A DNA stretch of 64,000 nucleotides from an uncultured Chloroflexia bacterium (lineage in GTDB: Bacteria; Chloroflexota; Limnocylindria; Limnocylindrales; CSP1-4), in assembly GCA_963819655.1 (NCBI GenBank), contig CAWFXA010000002.1:224001-288000 (forward strand), written 5' to 3'. Made by a program: the position numbers and the translations under genes. The notes under the pieces were generated by a model. That model made no database searches. It saw nothing but the letters and a program-made list of their open reading frames with translations, and had not been told where the DNA came from. Shown one piece after another: positions 41,849 to 52,774 of this stretch (within the stretch, counting starts at the first letter, position 1; each line of letters begins with the position of its first letter).

Positions 41849-42958
41849 ATGACCTCGCTCGGCGCGTGGCGTTCCGACTCTGCCGCCCGCTGGCTGTTCA
41901 TCTGGCCGACGGTCCTGTTCATCCTGTTCCTGTCCCTGTTCCCGCTGGTCGCGTCGCTCGCCCTGTCGCTCTCCAGGTTGGCCTTCCACCAGGGCGGGGT
42001 CGACCTCAAATTCATCGGCTTCACGAACTACCAGCAGCTCCTGTTCGGTCTCGAGCGGAGCCACTTCCTGGGCGTGCTCAAGACGCCTTCGCCCGTGGGT
42101 TGGGCGATCCTCATCGCGACGATCGTCCTGACCGCGTACGCCTGGACGCGCTCGGTCCGCAGCGGCGAGGTCGGCCCGTTCGGGCTCGTGCTCCGGCTCT
42201 TCGGCGGCGTCCTCGTGGTCGGCTTCGTCTGGCTCCTGGTCCAGGCCCTGGTGAGCGAAGGTGGACGACCCGGTTCGTTGATCGTCACCTTGATCTTCGT
42301 CTTCGTTGGGATCGGCCTGCAGTACTTCCTGGGTCTCGGACTCGCTCTGCTCGCCGTCCAGCAGGTCCCGTTGCGGCGCTTCTTCCGGGTCGTCTTCCTG
42401 ATCCCGTTGACCATCACCCCGGTCGGGGTCGGCTACATGTTCCTGATGCTGACCGACACCTCCAAGGGGCCGCTCGAGCCCATCTGGGTGGCGCTCGGCC
42501 TGCGCGACTTCACCTGGGTGACCGACCCCTGGCTGGCTCGCGCGGCGGTCATCATCGGGGACACGTGGCAGTGGACGCCGTTCGTGTTCATCGTCCTGCT
42601 GGCCGCCCTCGAGAGTCTCGACCAGGAGGTCCGCGAGGCGGCCCTCGCCGACGGCGCCAGCCGCTGGCAGAGCTTTCGCCACATCACCTTCCCAGCCCTG
42701 CTGCCGGTGACGACGACGATCATCCTCATCCGCCTGATCGAGGGCTTCAAGATCATCGACATGCCGAACATCCTGCTCGGCGGCGGGCCCGGGACGGCGA
42801 CTCAGTCGATGACGCTCCAGGCGTACATCGACTGGAACACGCTCAACCTCGGTCGATCGGCGGCGGTCGCCTATCTCCTGCTGCTCCTGGTGACGGTCGT
42901 GGCGACCGTGTATGTCAGCGTGGTCCGGCGACGGGTGACGGAGACGGAGACGGTATGA
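41849..42958 (+). CDS. Sugar ABC permease with extra TM insertion
   Basis: WQWTPF, EAALADGAS; start uncertain. Confidence 0.88.
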   Translation: MTSLGAWRSDSAARWLFIWPTVLFILFLSLFPLVASLALSLSRLAFHQGGVDLKFIGFTNYQQLLFGLERSHFLGVLKTPSPVGWAILIATIVLTAYAWTRSVRSGEVGPFGLVLRLFGGVLVVGFVWLLVQALVSEGGRPGSLIVTLIFVFVGIGLQYFLGLGLALLAVQQVPLRRFFRVVFLIPLTITPVGVGYMFLMLTDTSKGPLEPIWVALGLRDFTWVTDPWLARAAVIIGDTWQWTPFVFIVLLAALESLDQEVREAALADGASRWQSFRHITFPALLPVTTTIILIRLIEGFKIIDMPNILLGGGPGTATQSMTLQAYIDWNTLNLGRSAAVAYLLLLLVTVVATVYVSVVRRRVTETETV

Positions 42959-43980
42959 GCAATCCGTTCCGGCGACGATCGGCGGCTGATCTGTCCGTCC
43001 CGCAGAAGGTCGTCGCGTTCCTCTTGCTGAGCGCCTGGGCGCTGGTGGTGCTGCTCCCCATCTACTGGCTCGTGGTGACTTCGTTCAAGACGCCCGGCGA
43101 TGTCGACAAGGGCCCCTTCTACATCCCCTTCGTCGACTTCCAGCCGACGCTCGATGCTTGGCGCTACATCCTCGTCGAGCTCGGCAACGACACACTGCGC
43201 CCGTACGTCAACACGGTGATCGTGGGTCTGACCAGCTCGGCGATCGCGCTGCTGATGGGCTCGTTCACGGCCTACGCGCTGGTCCGCTTCACGTACCGAC
43301 CCAAGCTCGGGCTGATCGGCGTCGGCATCGGGTGCATCGCCTTCGCGTTCATCACCGCGGCCATCGGCGCGCCCGTGCCGATCGCCATCGCGGCGGCTAT
43401 CGCGATCTTCGTGCTGCTCGCCCAGACCATCGGGCGCCGCTTCCGACGCTCGCTCGGCAACAGCGATATCGCGTTCTGGCTCATCTCACAGCGGATCCTG
43501 CCGCCGATCGCGGTGGCCATCCCGCTGTACGTGCTGTTCCAGCAGGTCGGCCTGCTCGACAGCCTCGCGGCACTGGTCATCACGTATGTCGCGGCGAACC
43601 TGCCGATCGTCGTGTGGCTGATGCGCGAGTACTTCGCCTCGCTCCCGCGCGAGCTCGAGGAGTCGGCGGCCGTCGACGGCGCATCCGTCTACCGGATCGT
43701 TCGCTCGATCGTCCTGCCGATCTCCGTGCCCGGTCTGGTGGCGACGTTCCTGATCGTGCTGATCTTCGCCTGGAACGAGTTCCTCATCGCCCTCGTGCTG
43801 ACCAGTGCCGACGCGCAGACGATGCCGCTGCAGGTCGCGGCCCAGAACGCGACCAGGGGCCCGCAGTGGTGGGCGATGTCCGTGCTGATCATCATCATGA
43901 TCGCCCCCGTGGTGGTCATGGCGATCGCCCTCGAGCGGTTCATCACGCGCGGGATCCTCGTCGGCGCACTGAAAGGCTGA
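42955..43980 (+). CDS. Sugar ABC permease with extra TM insertion
   Basis: ELEESAAVDGAS, WNEF. Confidence 0.9.
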   Translation: MSNPFRRRSAADLSVPQKVVAFLLLSAWALVVLLPIYWLVVTSFKTPGDVDKGPFYIPFVDFQPTLDAWRYILVELGNDTLRPYVNTVIVGLTSSAIALLMGSFTAYALVRFTYRPKLGLIGVGIGCIAFAFITAAIGAPVPIAIAAAIAIFVLLAQTIGRRFRRSLGNSDIAFWLISQRILPPIAVAIPLYVLFQQVGLLDSLAALVITYVAANLPIVVWLMREYFASLPRELEESAAVDGASVYRIVRSIVLPISVPGLVATFLIVLIFAWNEFLIALVLTSADAQTMPLQVAAQNATRGPQWWAMSVLIIIMIAPVVVMAIALERFITRGILVGALKG

Positions 43981-43983
43981 GAC

Positions 43984-45340
43984 GTGAGCGACGATCACCG
44001 CCGTCGACATCGTCGACGTCCGCTTCCCGACCTCGCGCAGCCTCGACGGTTCGGACGCGATGAACCCGGATCCGGACTACTCGGCGGCATACGTGATCGT
44101 GCGCACGGATGCTGACGACGGGCTCGAGGGCCACGGCTTCACGTTCACGATCGGCCGCGGCACTGAGGTCGTCGTGGCAGCCGTCGGTGCGCTCCGGCCC
44201 CTCGTCCTTGGCCGTTCGACCGACGAGTTGTTCGCCGACATGGGCGCCTTCTGGCGACAGCTGGTCGGCGACAGCCAGCTGCGCTGGATCGGCCCGGAGA
44301 AGGGCGTGATGCACCTCGCGACGGCGGCCGTCGTGAACGCCGTCTGGGACCTGTTCGCGAAGACCGCCGGCAAGCCGCTCTGGAAGCTCGTCGTCGACAT
44401 GACGCCCGAGGAGATCGTCGCCCTGGTCGACTTCCGCTACATCTCCGACGCCCTCCCGCCGGAGCGAGCGCTCGAGCGATTGCGCGCGCTCGCGCCGAGT
44501 CGCGCGCAACGGGAGGCCGAGCTCCGACAGGACGGCTACCCCGCGTACACGACCTCGGTCGGCTGGCTCGGCTACGACGACGACAAGATCCGCGCGCTCT
44601 GCCGGACGGCGCTGGCGGAAGGTTGGACGCGGTTCAAGTTGAAGGTCGGCGCGGACCTCGCGGATGATCGCCGGCGCGCGCGGATCGTGCGCGAGGAGAT
44701 CGGACCGGAGGCGATGATGGCGGTGGACGCCAATCAGCGCTGGGATGTCGACCAGGCGATCGCATGGATGGCCGACCTGGCCGAGTTCGACCCGTACTGG
44801 ATCGAGGAACCCACCAGCCCGGACGACATCCTCGGCCACGCCGCGATCGCCCGTGCCGTGGCGCCGATCCGGGTGGCCACCGGCGAGCACGTCCACAACC
44901 GCGTCATGTTCAAGCAGCTGTTCCAGGCCGACGCGATCGCGATCTGCCAGATCGACGCAGCCCGTCTCGGCGGGGTCAACGAGGTCATCGCCGTCCTCCT
45001 GATGGCCGCCGAATTCGGCATCCCGGTCTGTCCCCACGCCGGGGGTGTGGGGCTGTGCGAGCTCGTCCAGCATCTGGCCGCGATCGACTACATCGCGATC
45101 AGCGGTTCGCTCGACGGCCGGATGATCGAGTACGTGGACCACCTCCACGAGCACTTCCTCGATCCCGTCGAGATCCGCGACGCGCGCTACGTCCTGCCGA
45201 CCCGACCCGGCTATAGCGCCGAGATGCGTCCGGAGTCGCTGGCCCGGTACCGGTTCCCCGACGGCGACGAGTGGCGAGCCATCCAGGCCGAGGTCGCGGC
45301 CGCCGGCGTCGCGGCTGGAGCCGCCGGCGCAGTCCGGTGA
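43984..45340 (+). CDS. fucD: L-fuconate dehydratase (enolase superfamily; 1-nt indel after the GTG start)
   Basis: [66 protein letters not shown]. Confidence 0.93.
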
Positions 45341-45667
45341 ATGTGCGGCGGTTCGGCCAGCGGATCGATGTCCGCCCCGACCGGATCGATGACTACGAGC
45401 GGCTCCACGCGGATCCGTGGCCGGGCGTCCTGGAGCAGATCCGGCGCTCGAACATCCGGAACTACACGATCTTCCGCGACGGGACGGACCTGTTCGCCTA
45501 CTTCGAATACACGGGCGACGACTTCGAGGCCGACATGGCGGCCATGGCCGCCGACCCCGAGACCCAGCGCTGGTGGGCGCAGACCGACCCGATGCAGGAA
45601 CCGCGTCCGGATCGCGAACCCGGGACCTGGTGGAAGACCCTCGACGAGATCTTCCACAGCGGACTGA
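45337..45667 (+). CDS. L-rhamnose/L-fucose mutarotase (RhaM family; probable indel at the 3' end)
   Basis: [29 protein letters not shown]. Confidence 0.88.
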
Positions 45668-45724
45668 GGCGGCGAGCGCCTAGAGCAGCTCCCCGTGGCC
45701 TGACGCGGTCGGTTCGTCACATCC

Positions 45725-46480
45725 TCAGGCTCCTTGGAATGGGCCAACGATGAACATCGAAGCGTTCAGCGTGACCTGCCCCGCGGCAGCGGGATAGATA
45801 GACCCGGTCGCAATCGTTGCGAACCCGAACATGAATGTCGAATACAGCCCGAGTAAAAGGACCGCCGGTGATGTACCGACGACCGAGACAGCTGCAAAGA
45901 GGATGCTGGCGAATGCCATACCTCGCCACAGGCCGAAAACCCGCACTGCTGAGGTATGCAGCAATCCACGGAAAAGGGCAGCCTCGACGAGTGCTCCGAC
46001 CACCAGAGCCGTCATGGCGACCAGCAGCTCGTCTGGTTCGGTCGGATCCCCGACCAAAGGTAGCGGCTTGACCAGATCGTAGGCGAACAGACCGAGGGCG
46101 ATACATCCCGGGAGCATCACGAGCGCAAGTGCGACGTCGAAGGGCTTGATGCGAAGTCCTAGATCCCGGGGCGCGATCCGAGCCTCCCGAGCTGCCACGA
46201 AAACAGCAACGAGGGTGGGAAAAGCGACCAACAGGTATCGGATCGATAGATCCATGTCTGGAGGAAAAGCTGTCAAAGCCACGAGCTGGACTAATGGGAT
46301 GACCGCCAACGCCTGGAGCAAGGCCCGTCTGTCGCGGTCGACGGTTGCGATCGCGACGTTCAGGATGGCCAGGAATGCAGCAGCATGCATGAACGCTCCA
46401 GGTAGCGATCCTCCGGTGATCGCGACCACCTGAGCGAGAAGGACCAAGCCAGCGAGGAGGACAGCGTCATGCTTCTTCAC
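45725..46480 (-). CDS. CPBP/Abi-family intramembrane protease-like protein, catalytic motifs degenerate
   Basis: VEAALFRG, FAAVS, TGSIYP...QVTLN. Confidence 0.65.
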   Translation of the reverse strand: MKKHDAVLLAGLVLLAQVVAITGGSLPGAFMHAAAFLAILNVAIATVDRDRRALLQALAVIPLVQLVALTAFPPDMDLSIRYLLVAFPTLVAVFVAAREARIAPRDLGLRIKPFDVALALVMLPGCIALGLFAYDLVKPLPLVGDPTEPDELLVAMTALVVGALVEAALFRGLLHTSAVRVFGLWRGMAFASILFAAVSVVGTSPAVLLLGLYSTFMFGFATIATGSIYPAAAGQVTLNASMFIVGPFQGA

Positions 46481-47304
46481 TGGCTCGGCGCCGCATCGAC
46501 CCAGAGCCGAAGCCGGCGAAATGGTTCAAGCGAGTCCCCCTTGTACAGCACTACGGCGAGTTGCTGGTCGACTCCCGCGCTCGGCACGACGAACTCGACG
46601 GAGCCTCGCCACTCCTCCTCCTCGTCGAGCGCCATCGGTCCGGTCGTCCCTGCCGTCTCGGCGCCGAGAATGACATCCACACGAAAGGTCGTCGGCCTTG
46701 CTTCGCCATTCACGATGCCGATGTTGAGCACTGACGGTCTGCCGGCCACTACCTGGCTTGGGTAGTTCTCCGACAAGCCCTCGACGCCAAGGGCGTAGAA
46801 CTCGGTCGCGCGAGAAGGAGGGTACAGAGCCAAACTGATTCCCCCACCAGCCAGCGCGAGGATGACTACCAAGGTGAACACGGGGAACGGGACACCAGCC
46901 AACCGTGTGGGAAGCGCCGAACCATCCCTGGGGATTGCTGCCTGTGTGCTTGATCCATGACCCGGCGTTCGTCGCCGCCATTCTGCGATTAGGCAAAAGA
47001 CAACAGTCATGCAAGCGACGCCGACGATAGGGACGGCCTCAGAGCGCCAGGGTACCCACAGGAGGAGGATGGCTGCCACGACGATCAGGGCCAGTGAAAG
47101 CCCGAAGGCGAGCGCAAGGCGCTCCGGGATGTCGAACTCCGCGTCCGGGAAGAGAGCGATACTGAGGGCGTAACCGGGGAGGAACAGTGTCGCCGCGAGC
47201 CCAGGCAGCACCCTGATCGGGTCTGGGGCGCCCACCAAGGCTAACGTCGCGGCGACGACGGTCCCCAGTAAGACCCACCTGACGTCCACAGAGATTCGGC
47301 TCAT
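46477..47304 (-). CDS. DUF1616 domain membrane protein
   Basis: FLPGYAL..ALFP...ERLALAFGLS; TEFYALG..NYP; L.LWV. Confidence 0.85.
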   Translation of the reverse strand: MSRISVDVRWVLLGTVVAATLALVGAPDPIRVLPGLAATLFLPGYALSIALFPDAEFDIPERLALAFGLSLALIVVAAILLLWVPWRSEAVPIVGVACMTVVFCLIAEWRRRTPGHGSSTQAAIPRDGSALPTRLAGVPFPVFTLVVILALAGGGISLALYPPSRATEFYALGVEGLSENYPSQVVAGRPSVLNIGIVNGEARPTTFRVDVILGAETAGTTGPMALDEEEEWRGSVEFVVPSAGVDQQLAVVLYKGDSLEPFRRLRLWVDAAPSQ

Positions 47305-47311
47305 CGGTGCG

Positions 47312-48454
47312 TCAGACGGCCAGCTTCCGGTCTTGGAGGACTTGCCTGTATATGGCGACCGTCCTGGCGGCCACGGAATCCCAATCGAACATCCTGGCTC
47401 GCTTGAGACCTTTGGCCCTGAGTCGCTGCCGCAGGAGCGGATCTCGTGCCACGCGCTCCATTGCTCCGGCAAGAGCGCGTGCGTCGGTCGCATCGACGAG
47501 TAGGGCAGCTCCTCCGGCAACCTCAGGGAGCGATGCGGCGCTCGACGAGATCACGGGCGTGCCGCAGGCCATCGCCTCAAGGATGGGCAACCCGAAACCT
47601 TCGTGCAACGACGGGAAGACGAGGAAGTCAGCCGCGCTGTAGACAGATGGGAGATCGGTATCGGCGACATATCCAGTGAGCGCCACTCGATCCTCAAGAC
47701 CCTCCCGGGTGATCATGTCCGCAACGCCGCCGTCATCCCACATCGGTTGACCGACGATCGCCAGGCGATGCGGCACGGTCGACGGGTCAAGCGCACCGAC
47801 GGCCGCGATGAGGGTTCGAAGATTCTTCCGCGCCTGGAGGTTGCCGACGGTGAGCATGTATGGGGGCCGCAGCCCGTAGCGCGCGGCAACTGCCCTCGCC
47901 TCGTCGTCTGGGATCGGGCGAAACGCGTCGCCAACGCCATTTGGAACGACGTGGAGACGCTCCGATGGGATTGAAAGGTACCGAATGAGATCCGCGCGCG
48001 CGTACTCGCTCACTGTGATCACAGCGTCGGTGTTTTGCACGGTCGTCGGAACGTATCGACGATGCAGCACGTTGTTGAGCATCGGATAGCCCTTCGGAAA
48101 GCGAAACGCGATCGCATCGTGGATCGTGACGACGCGACGAAACCTTCCCCACGCAGCGGACAGCGTAAATGGACAGACGCCGGTCGGATCGTGGACGAGA
48201 TCGAGCTGCGCCCGGCGCGCCGCATACGCGATCAGTGGGCCGCCGAGGGCCATCAAACCGGGAAGCCTGGCGCAGCCGGGCAAGTGAAACGAGGAAACGC
48301 CGAGCTCGTCGGTGAAGGGACCCTGTCGATACGGTCGCAGGAAGACCACCTGGCAGTCAGGGCTTCGATGCAGGGCCGACCCGAGTTCCATGGCGACGCG
48401 CGAGATACCCGAGAGCGGTCGGTCCAGCCCGTACGTCACGAAACCGATCCGCAT
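47312..48454 (-). CDS. GT4 glycosyltransferase
   Basis: RKN, FPSLHEGFGLPILEAMACG. Confidence 0.93.
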   Translation of the reverse strand: MRIGFVTYGLDRPLSGISRVAMELGSALHRSPDCQVVFLRPYRQGPFTDELGVSSFHLPGCARLPGLMALGGPLIAYAARRAQLDLVHDPTGVCPFTLSAAWGRFRRVVTIHDAIAFRFPKGYPMLNNVLHRRYVPTTVQNTDAVITVSEYARADLIRYLSIPSERLHVVPNGVGDAFRPIPDDEARAVAARYGLRPPYMLTVGNLQARKNLRTLIAAVGALDPSTVPHRLAIVGQPMWDDGGVADMITREGLEDRVALTGYVADTDLPSVYSAADFLVFPSLHEGFGLPILEAMACGTPVISSSAASLPEVAGGAALLVDATDARALAGAMERVARDPLLRQRLRAKGLKRARMFDWDSVAARTVAIYRQVLQDRKLAV

Positions 48455-48515
48455 TGGTCGGGCACGAGTGCGATCCAACGAAGGGGTGGCCCTGTCCGTT
48501 TGTGATTGAGGCGAC

Positions 48516-51500
48516 CTAGGGACGAACGCGATAGACCTGGACCGTGCCGTTGTCATATACGCGGTCCTCGTGGATGATCGCCGGCAGGGTCCAACCCGAT
48601 CCGCGACGCCTGCAGACGAACGATATCGGAGATGATGATCGCCCGGACCGCAGGATCAGGCTCGCCCTCGGTCCACCGATTGGCGTTCCCAGGGATCCGG
48701 ATTCGGTCAGGTAGGCAGCAGCGAGTCGCTCGTCAGGTCCGATCCAGGTTGCCGTGCTCCGCTGGTGTGTATCAGCCCATCGAAGCCCCGCGATCTCCGC
48801 CGATGTGTAGAACGTCCACTTGTTGCTCACCGCCGGCTCGTTCGACGCCTTCAGGATCGAGGCGAGCGCGAGTCCGGCGAGCGCGATCCCGCTCGCGAGA
48901 CGAAAGATCGGCGTTGGGACGGACCCGCGCAAGACCGACGCCGAGCAGCCCGGCCGCCAGCGTAGCGAAGGGGACGAACGCTCGATACTGGAGGTTGCCG
49001 CCGAGCACCCCAGTCCGGTCCACGACGCTGAAGACAACGACCGCGAAAGCAAAAGCCGCATAGAGCAGCCACAGTGTCCAGACCCCATAGGATGGGACCT
49101 CGCCTCTCAGCCAGCGTGCCCCGAGGGCGAGCCAGACGATGGCGGATCCGAACGCGATCATGAGATTTCCGGCGCTAAGAGCGAAGAAGACTTCGGAGCT
49201 CACCCACGCCGAAGGGATGCCGGCGTACGGGTCGACAGCCGGGTCGCTGCCTGAGAACAGCTGGGCGAGCTCAGCCGGGATGCCACTCGCGACGTTGAGT
49301 GTATGACGCGCCGGTGGATAGATCCGCGAGGATGAAGATCAAGACCAACATCCATGCAGCGACAGCAAGCCAGCCGAGCTGGATCCCACTCGTCCGGGCG
49401 AACCGATGCATGGGGCTGAGACGCGACACGGCCCAACTCGCAAGAGCAGCCACGGTGAGTGCAGCCGCGACCGACATCCCGTACAAGACATTGGTCGCGA
49501 TCAGACCGTACGCCGCCAGGAGGATGACGATCGTATGTATCGTGGACCGAGCGGGCGTATCGGCGACACGAGCCCTCCTGACCAAGAACCACACGAGGAG
49601 GAGCAGAAAGACTCGATCCATCCGCTCGTGGCTGCCGCGGAGCATCGTGAACAGATGCTCGGGGATGATGAGCAGGAGCAGGGTTGCGATCGCCGCAACT
49701 CGACTATTTCCGCCGATCTCCCGGTAAGCAGCCCACGCGGGCAGGACCACGACCGCCGATACGAGCGGATATATGAGTTGCTGGAGCTGGCGACTATCGA
49801 GACCGGTGAACCATAGGATCACGGCCGACACGGCTGAGTAACCGTAGCCGCTCGGATAGACCGTGCCTCCCTCGGGCGTGAGAGTCCCCGTTCGAGCAAC
49901 GTTGCGGATCGCGTCGGTCATGAGCGCGGAATCCGTCTCGGCCCAATTCCCGCCCGGTCGGACCACGAAATAGACGCCGGCGAGCAGCGCGAAGCCGGCG
50001 ACACCGACCAGCCATGAGCTCGGAGAGCCATGGAACGTTTCCGCAACCGCAGCAAAGTCGGGACGTGCTCGGTACTTGTGCATGAGCCATCGCGCCCGAT
50101 CCATCGCACGCAGGTCCCTGGGCGGGGTCAGGTTCGACCAGTGCTCTGGAAGTCGGCGGATGCCGGCGCGAACCGTGATGCCAGCGCGAACCGTCAGGAA
50201 GGCTGCGGTGAGCAACGTCAGCCCGGCCAGGAACAGTACGGGTGATAAAAGACCCTGAGCGGACACGATGCTAGGGAGGTCGGCGACCGGCGCATCCTTG
50301 ACCGTCACGATCGATGCTCCGCCGTCGACCTCTCCGACCGCGGCGTGGATCCTCCACGGCCCGGCATCGGGAGGTGTCCATTCGACATTTGCCGTCGACG
50401 TCGTGCCACTCAGGACGTCGATCCGACTCGACCCGATCACGACGGGCTGCCATCGCTCCGCATCCGCGATGAACGTGACGGCCGCGCCGTGCATGTCTTC
50501 GCCGCCGAGGTTGGCGACGGCTGCGGAAAGGCCGATCGGCTCGAGCTCGTCGCCCGTTTCCTGGATCGCGGACACTTTCGAGACTTCAAGCCGCGCCGGC
50601 GTCAAGGGTCGCGTGTCGTACCCGGCGTCCGGCGCGTACTCCACAAGATGGGTGCCGGGCGCGTCGATCCCCTCCCACGGCCGAGTCTGGCGCTCGCTCG
50701 ACTCAAGCACGAAACGGAATCCATCATCGATCAGTCGGACATCCCGGATGGCCGCGCCGGAGAGTGACCGCGGCGAGTCCGCGACGGCGTCGAACATGGC
50801 GCCGAGGTCGTCCGGCGCGATGGAATCGTCGGGATCGTCGAGCAGCGTGCGCAGCTCTTTCCACTCCTCGTGGTCGCGGGGAGGCGCGAACGTCGCCATC
50901 GCTTGCGGTTCTGAGAACGTCCCGACCCGCATCCCGGCCGAGTCGCTGAACAAGATCTGGTCGGCCGCCACAAAGAGACTCTTGATCCGTCGACCATCTT
51001 GGAGAACAGTCCAGTGGTTGATGTGTTCACCACCAAGGTTCTCGTACCGGATCTGACGACCTCGACCGAGATTCCACACGCCGCCGTCTGCATTCACCAG
51101 ATGGGCGCGGCGATCGATCGGGCTAAGGTAGATGCGCGCTTTCCCGTGAAGGTCGAACGCATGCTCACCCCTGAAGCCCTCGCGGATCTGCGCGAACGTA
51201 TCGATCGGCGGCCGATCAGTCACGCCGGCCACGTAGTCGATCAAGGATCCTCCGTCCGCTTCGGGTGTGTATTCGTACACGTGTTCGGAGGTCCAATAGG
51301 GGGCGATCACTTCGACAAACGTCGCGGCCTCCCACGACTCCTCGGAGACCCATCGGGGAAGGGCGTCAGGTGGCACGGCGGTGACGGCAAATTCGCCGAA
51401 GTCGATCGTGTATCGGACCGGCTGCTTGCCCACCAGATTCAACGAATACGTCCAATTGTGGGAGTGGGATCGGTCCCAGGTGTACATGACCGTGTTTATC

Positions 51501-52693
51501 GGGTCAGCATTGGGTAACTCCCGGATACCACCCGGTAGCACGCCGATGAATCTGATGGTCGTGTCCGGCCATCCGTCGCCGGTGGCCGCGAGGTCATAGA
51601 ACGCGAACGGATTCTCGAAGTTAGTGGTAGTCGTTGATCCTTCCTTTACGCGGTTTATCGAGTAGATGAAGAAACTGCCCGGATTGCCCCGCGAGGCGAC
51701 GAACTCGGAAATCTGGGTGATTCGGGCGCTTGCCCAATCGACATGGATCGGCGGCGGGCTCGCCCGATAGTCTTTCGCGTACTGCCCGACAGGTTTCGCC
51801 TGCAACGCGAGGTAGGGCCATAGAAAACTCCCCGTGATCGCGACCTCGTCGCCTTGCGGGTTACTGACGATCTCGGTCCGGAAGTGCTCACTCAGAGCGG
51901 CGTCTTCCGGGAACGGTGGATAGAACTGCCGCCACTCCAGCTCCGGCCGTCCATCGCCGTCACGATCACGGGCGTGAATCCTGTAGTCCGGGCGGCCGTC
52001 GCCTTCTAGGTGGGTGTACGCTTCCGGGTCTCCCAGCGACGCTCCGAACGAGGCGCGCAGCGGGCCATCAACGAGGATGTCGAGGTTGAAGCTCGTTCGT
52101 CCACCTTCGGTCCACCAGCCGTCGCGTGACGTGATGCTCACGGTCGGGTGGGGGCTCTCGACGATGCGCGGCATACCGTCGGCCAGGAGGAAGTCGACGC
52201 GACCGTTGCCGTCTCGATCATCGTAGAGGTCTGCCACAGGACCGGTCTGGCTGTAATGGAAGTCGATGATCAGGGTCGGGCGGCTGCCGCCGGCCTCGAA
52301 CACCCAGATCGCATCCTCAGTCCGGTCGGAGGATGGGCTGCGGAGATAGATGGACACGGTGTCGTGACCGGTGGCGAAGCCTGGCTCGCACGTGAGGACG
52401 ATCCGTCCCTCAGACGCGCGAGTCTCGGCGCAGCGAGGAACGGGCAGCGCTTCGATCCCGGAAGTCCCGGAAGCCGTTGCGAGTGACAACGCCGTCAGAA
52501 CTATCGCGAGAAGCGCGTGGGCCGCGACCACCCTCGGATGAAGCAGCCCTCGAGGCCCCCACATAGCAGTACCGGTTGGGCGTGGGGGATGTGGCACCGC
52601 GCGAGGAGGTCGAGGCGGCGGTATGGGCACGTCTGGCTGCTCCGGGACTGCGGAACGCCGATGATACGTGCCACCACGTTTTGGAGCGTCCAC
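48516..52693 (-). CDS. Giant protein: secreted ectodomain plus Ig/CARDB-like domain plus DUF2206/GT-C-like multi-TM region (frameshifted 3' end)
   Basis: 1140-aa ORF continuing in other frames (48772-49203, 48516-49088) to the C-terminal YDNG.V.VY; DxDGDG motifs. Confidence 0.6.
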
Positions 52694-52774
52694 CGCCCCC
52701 TGGGCACCTTATCGACGGCGCCGTGGATCCGCGCGGACCGACCTCGTTTCGCGCTTCTCGCGGAACCTCTCCTG

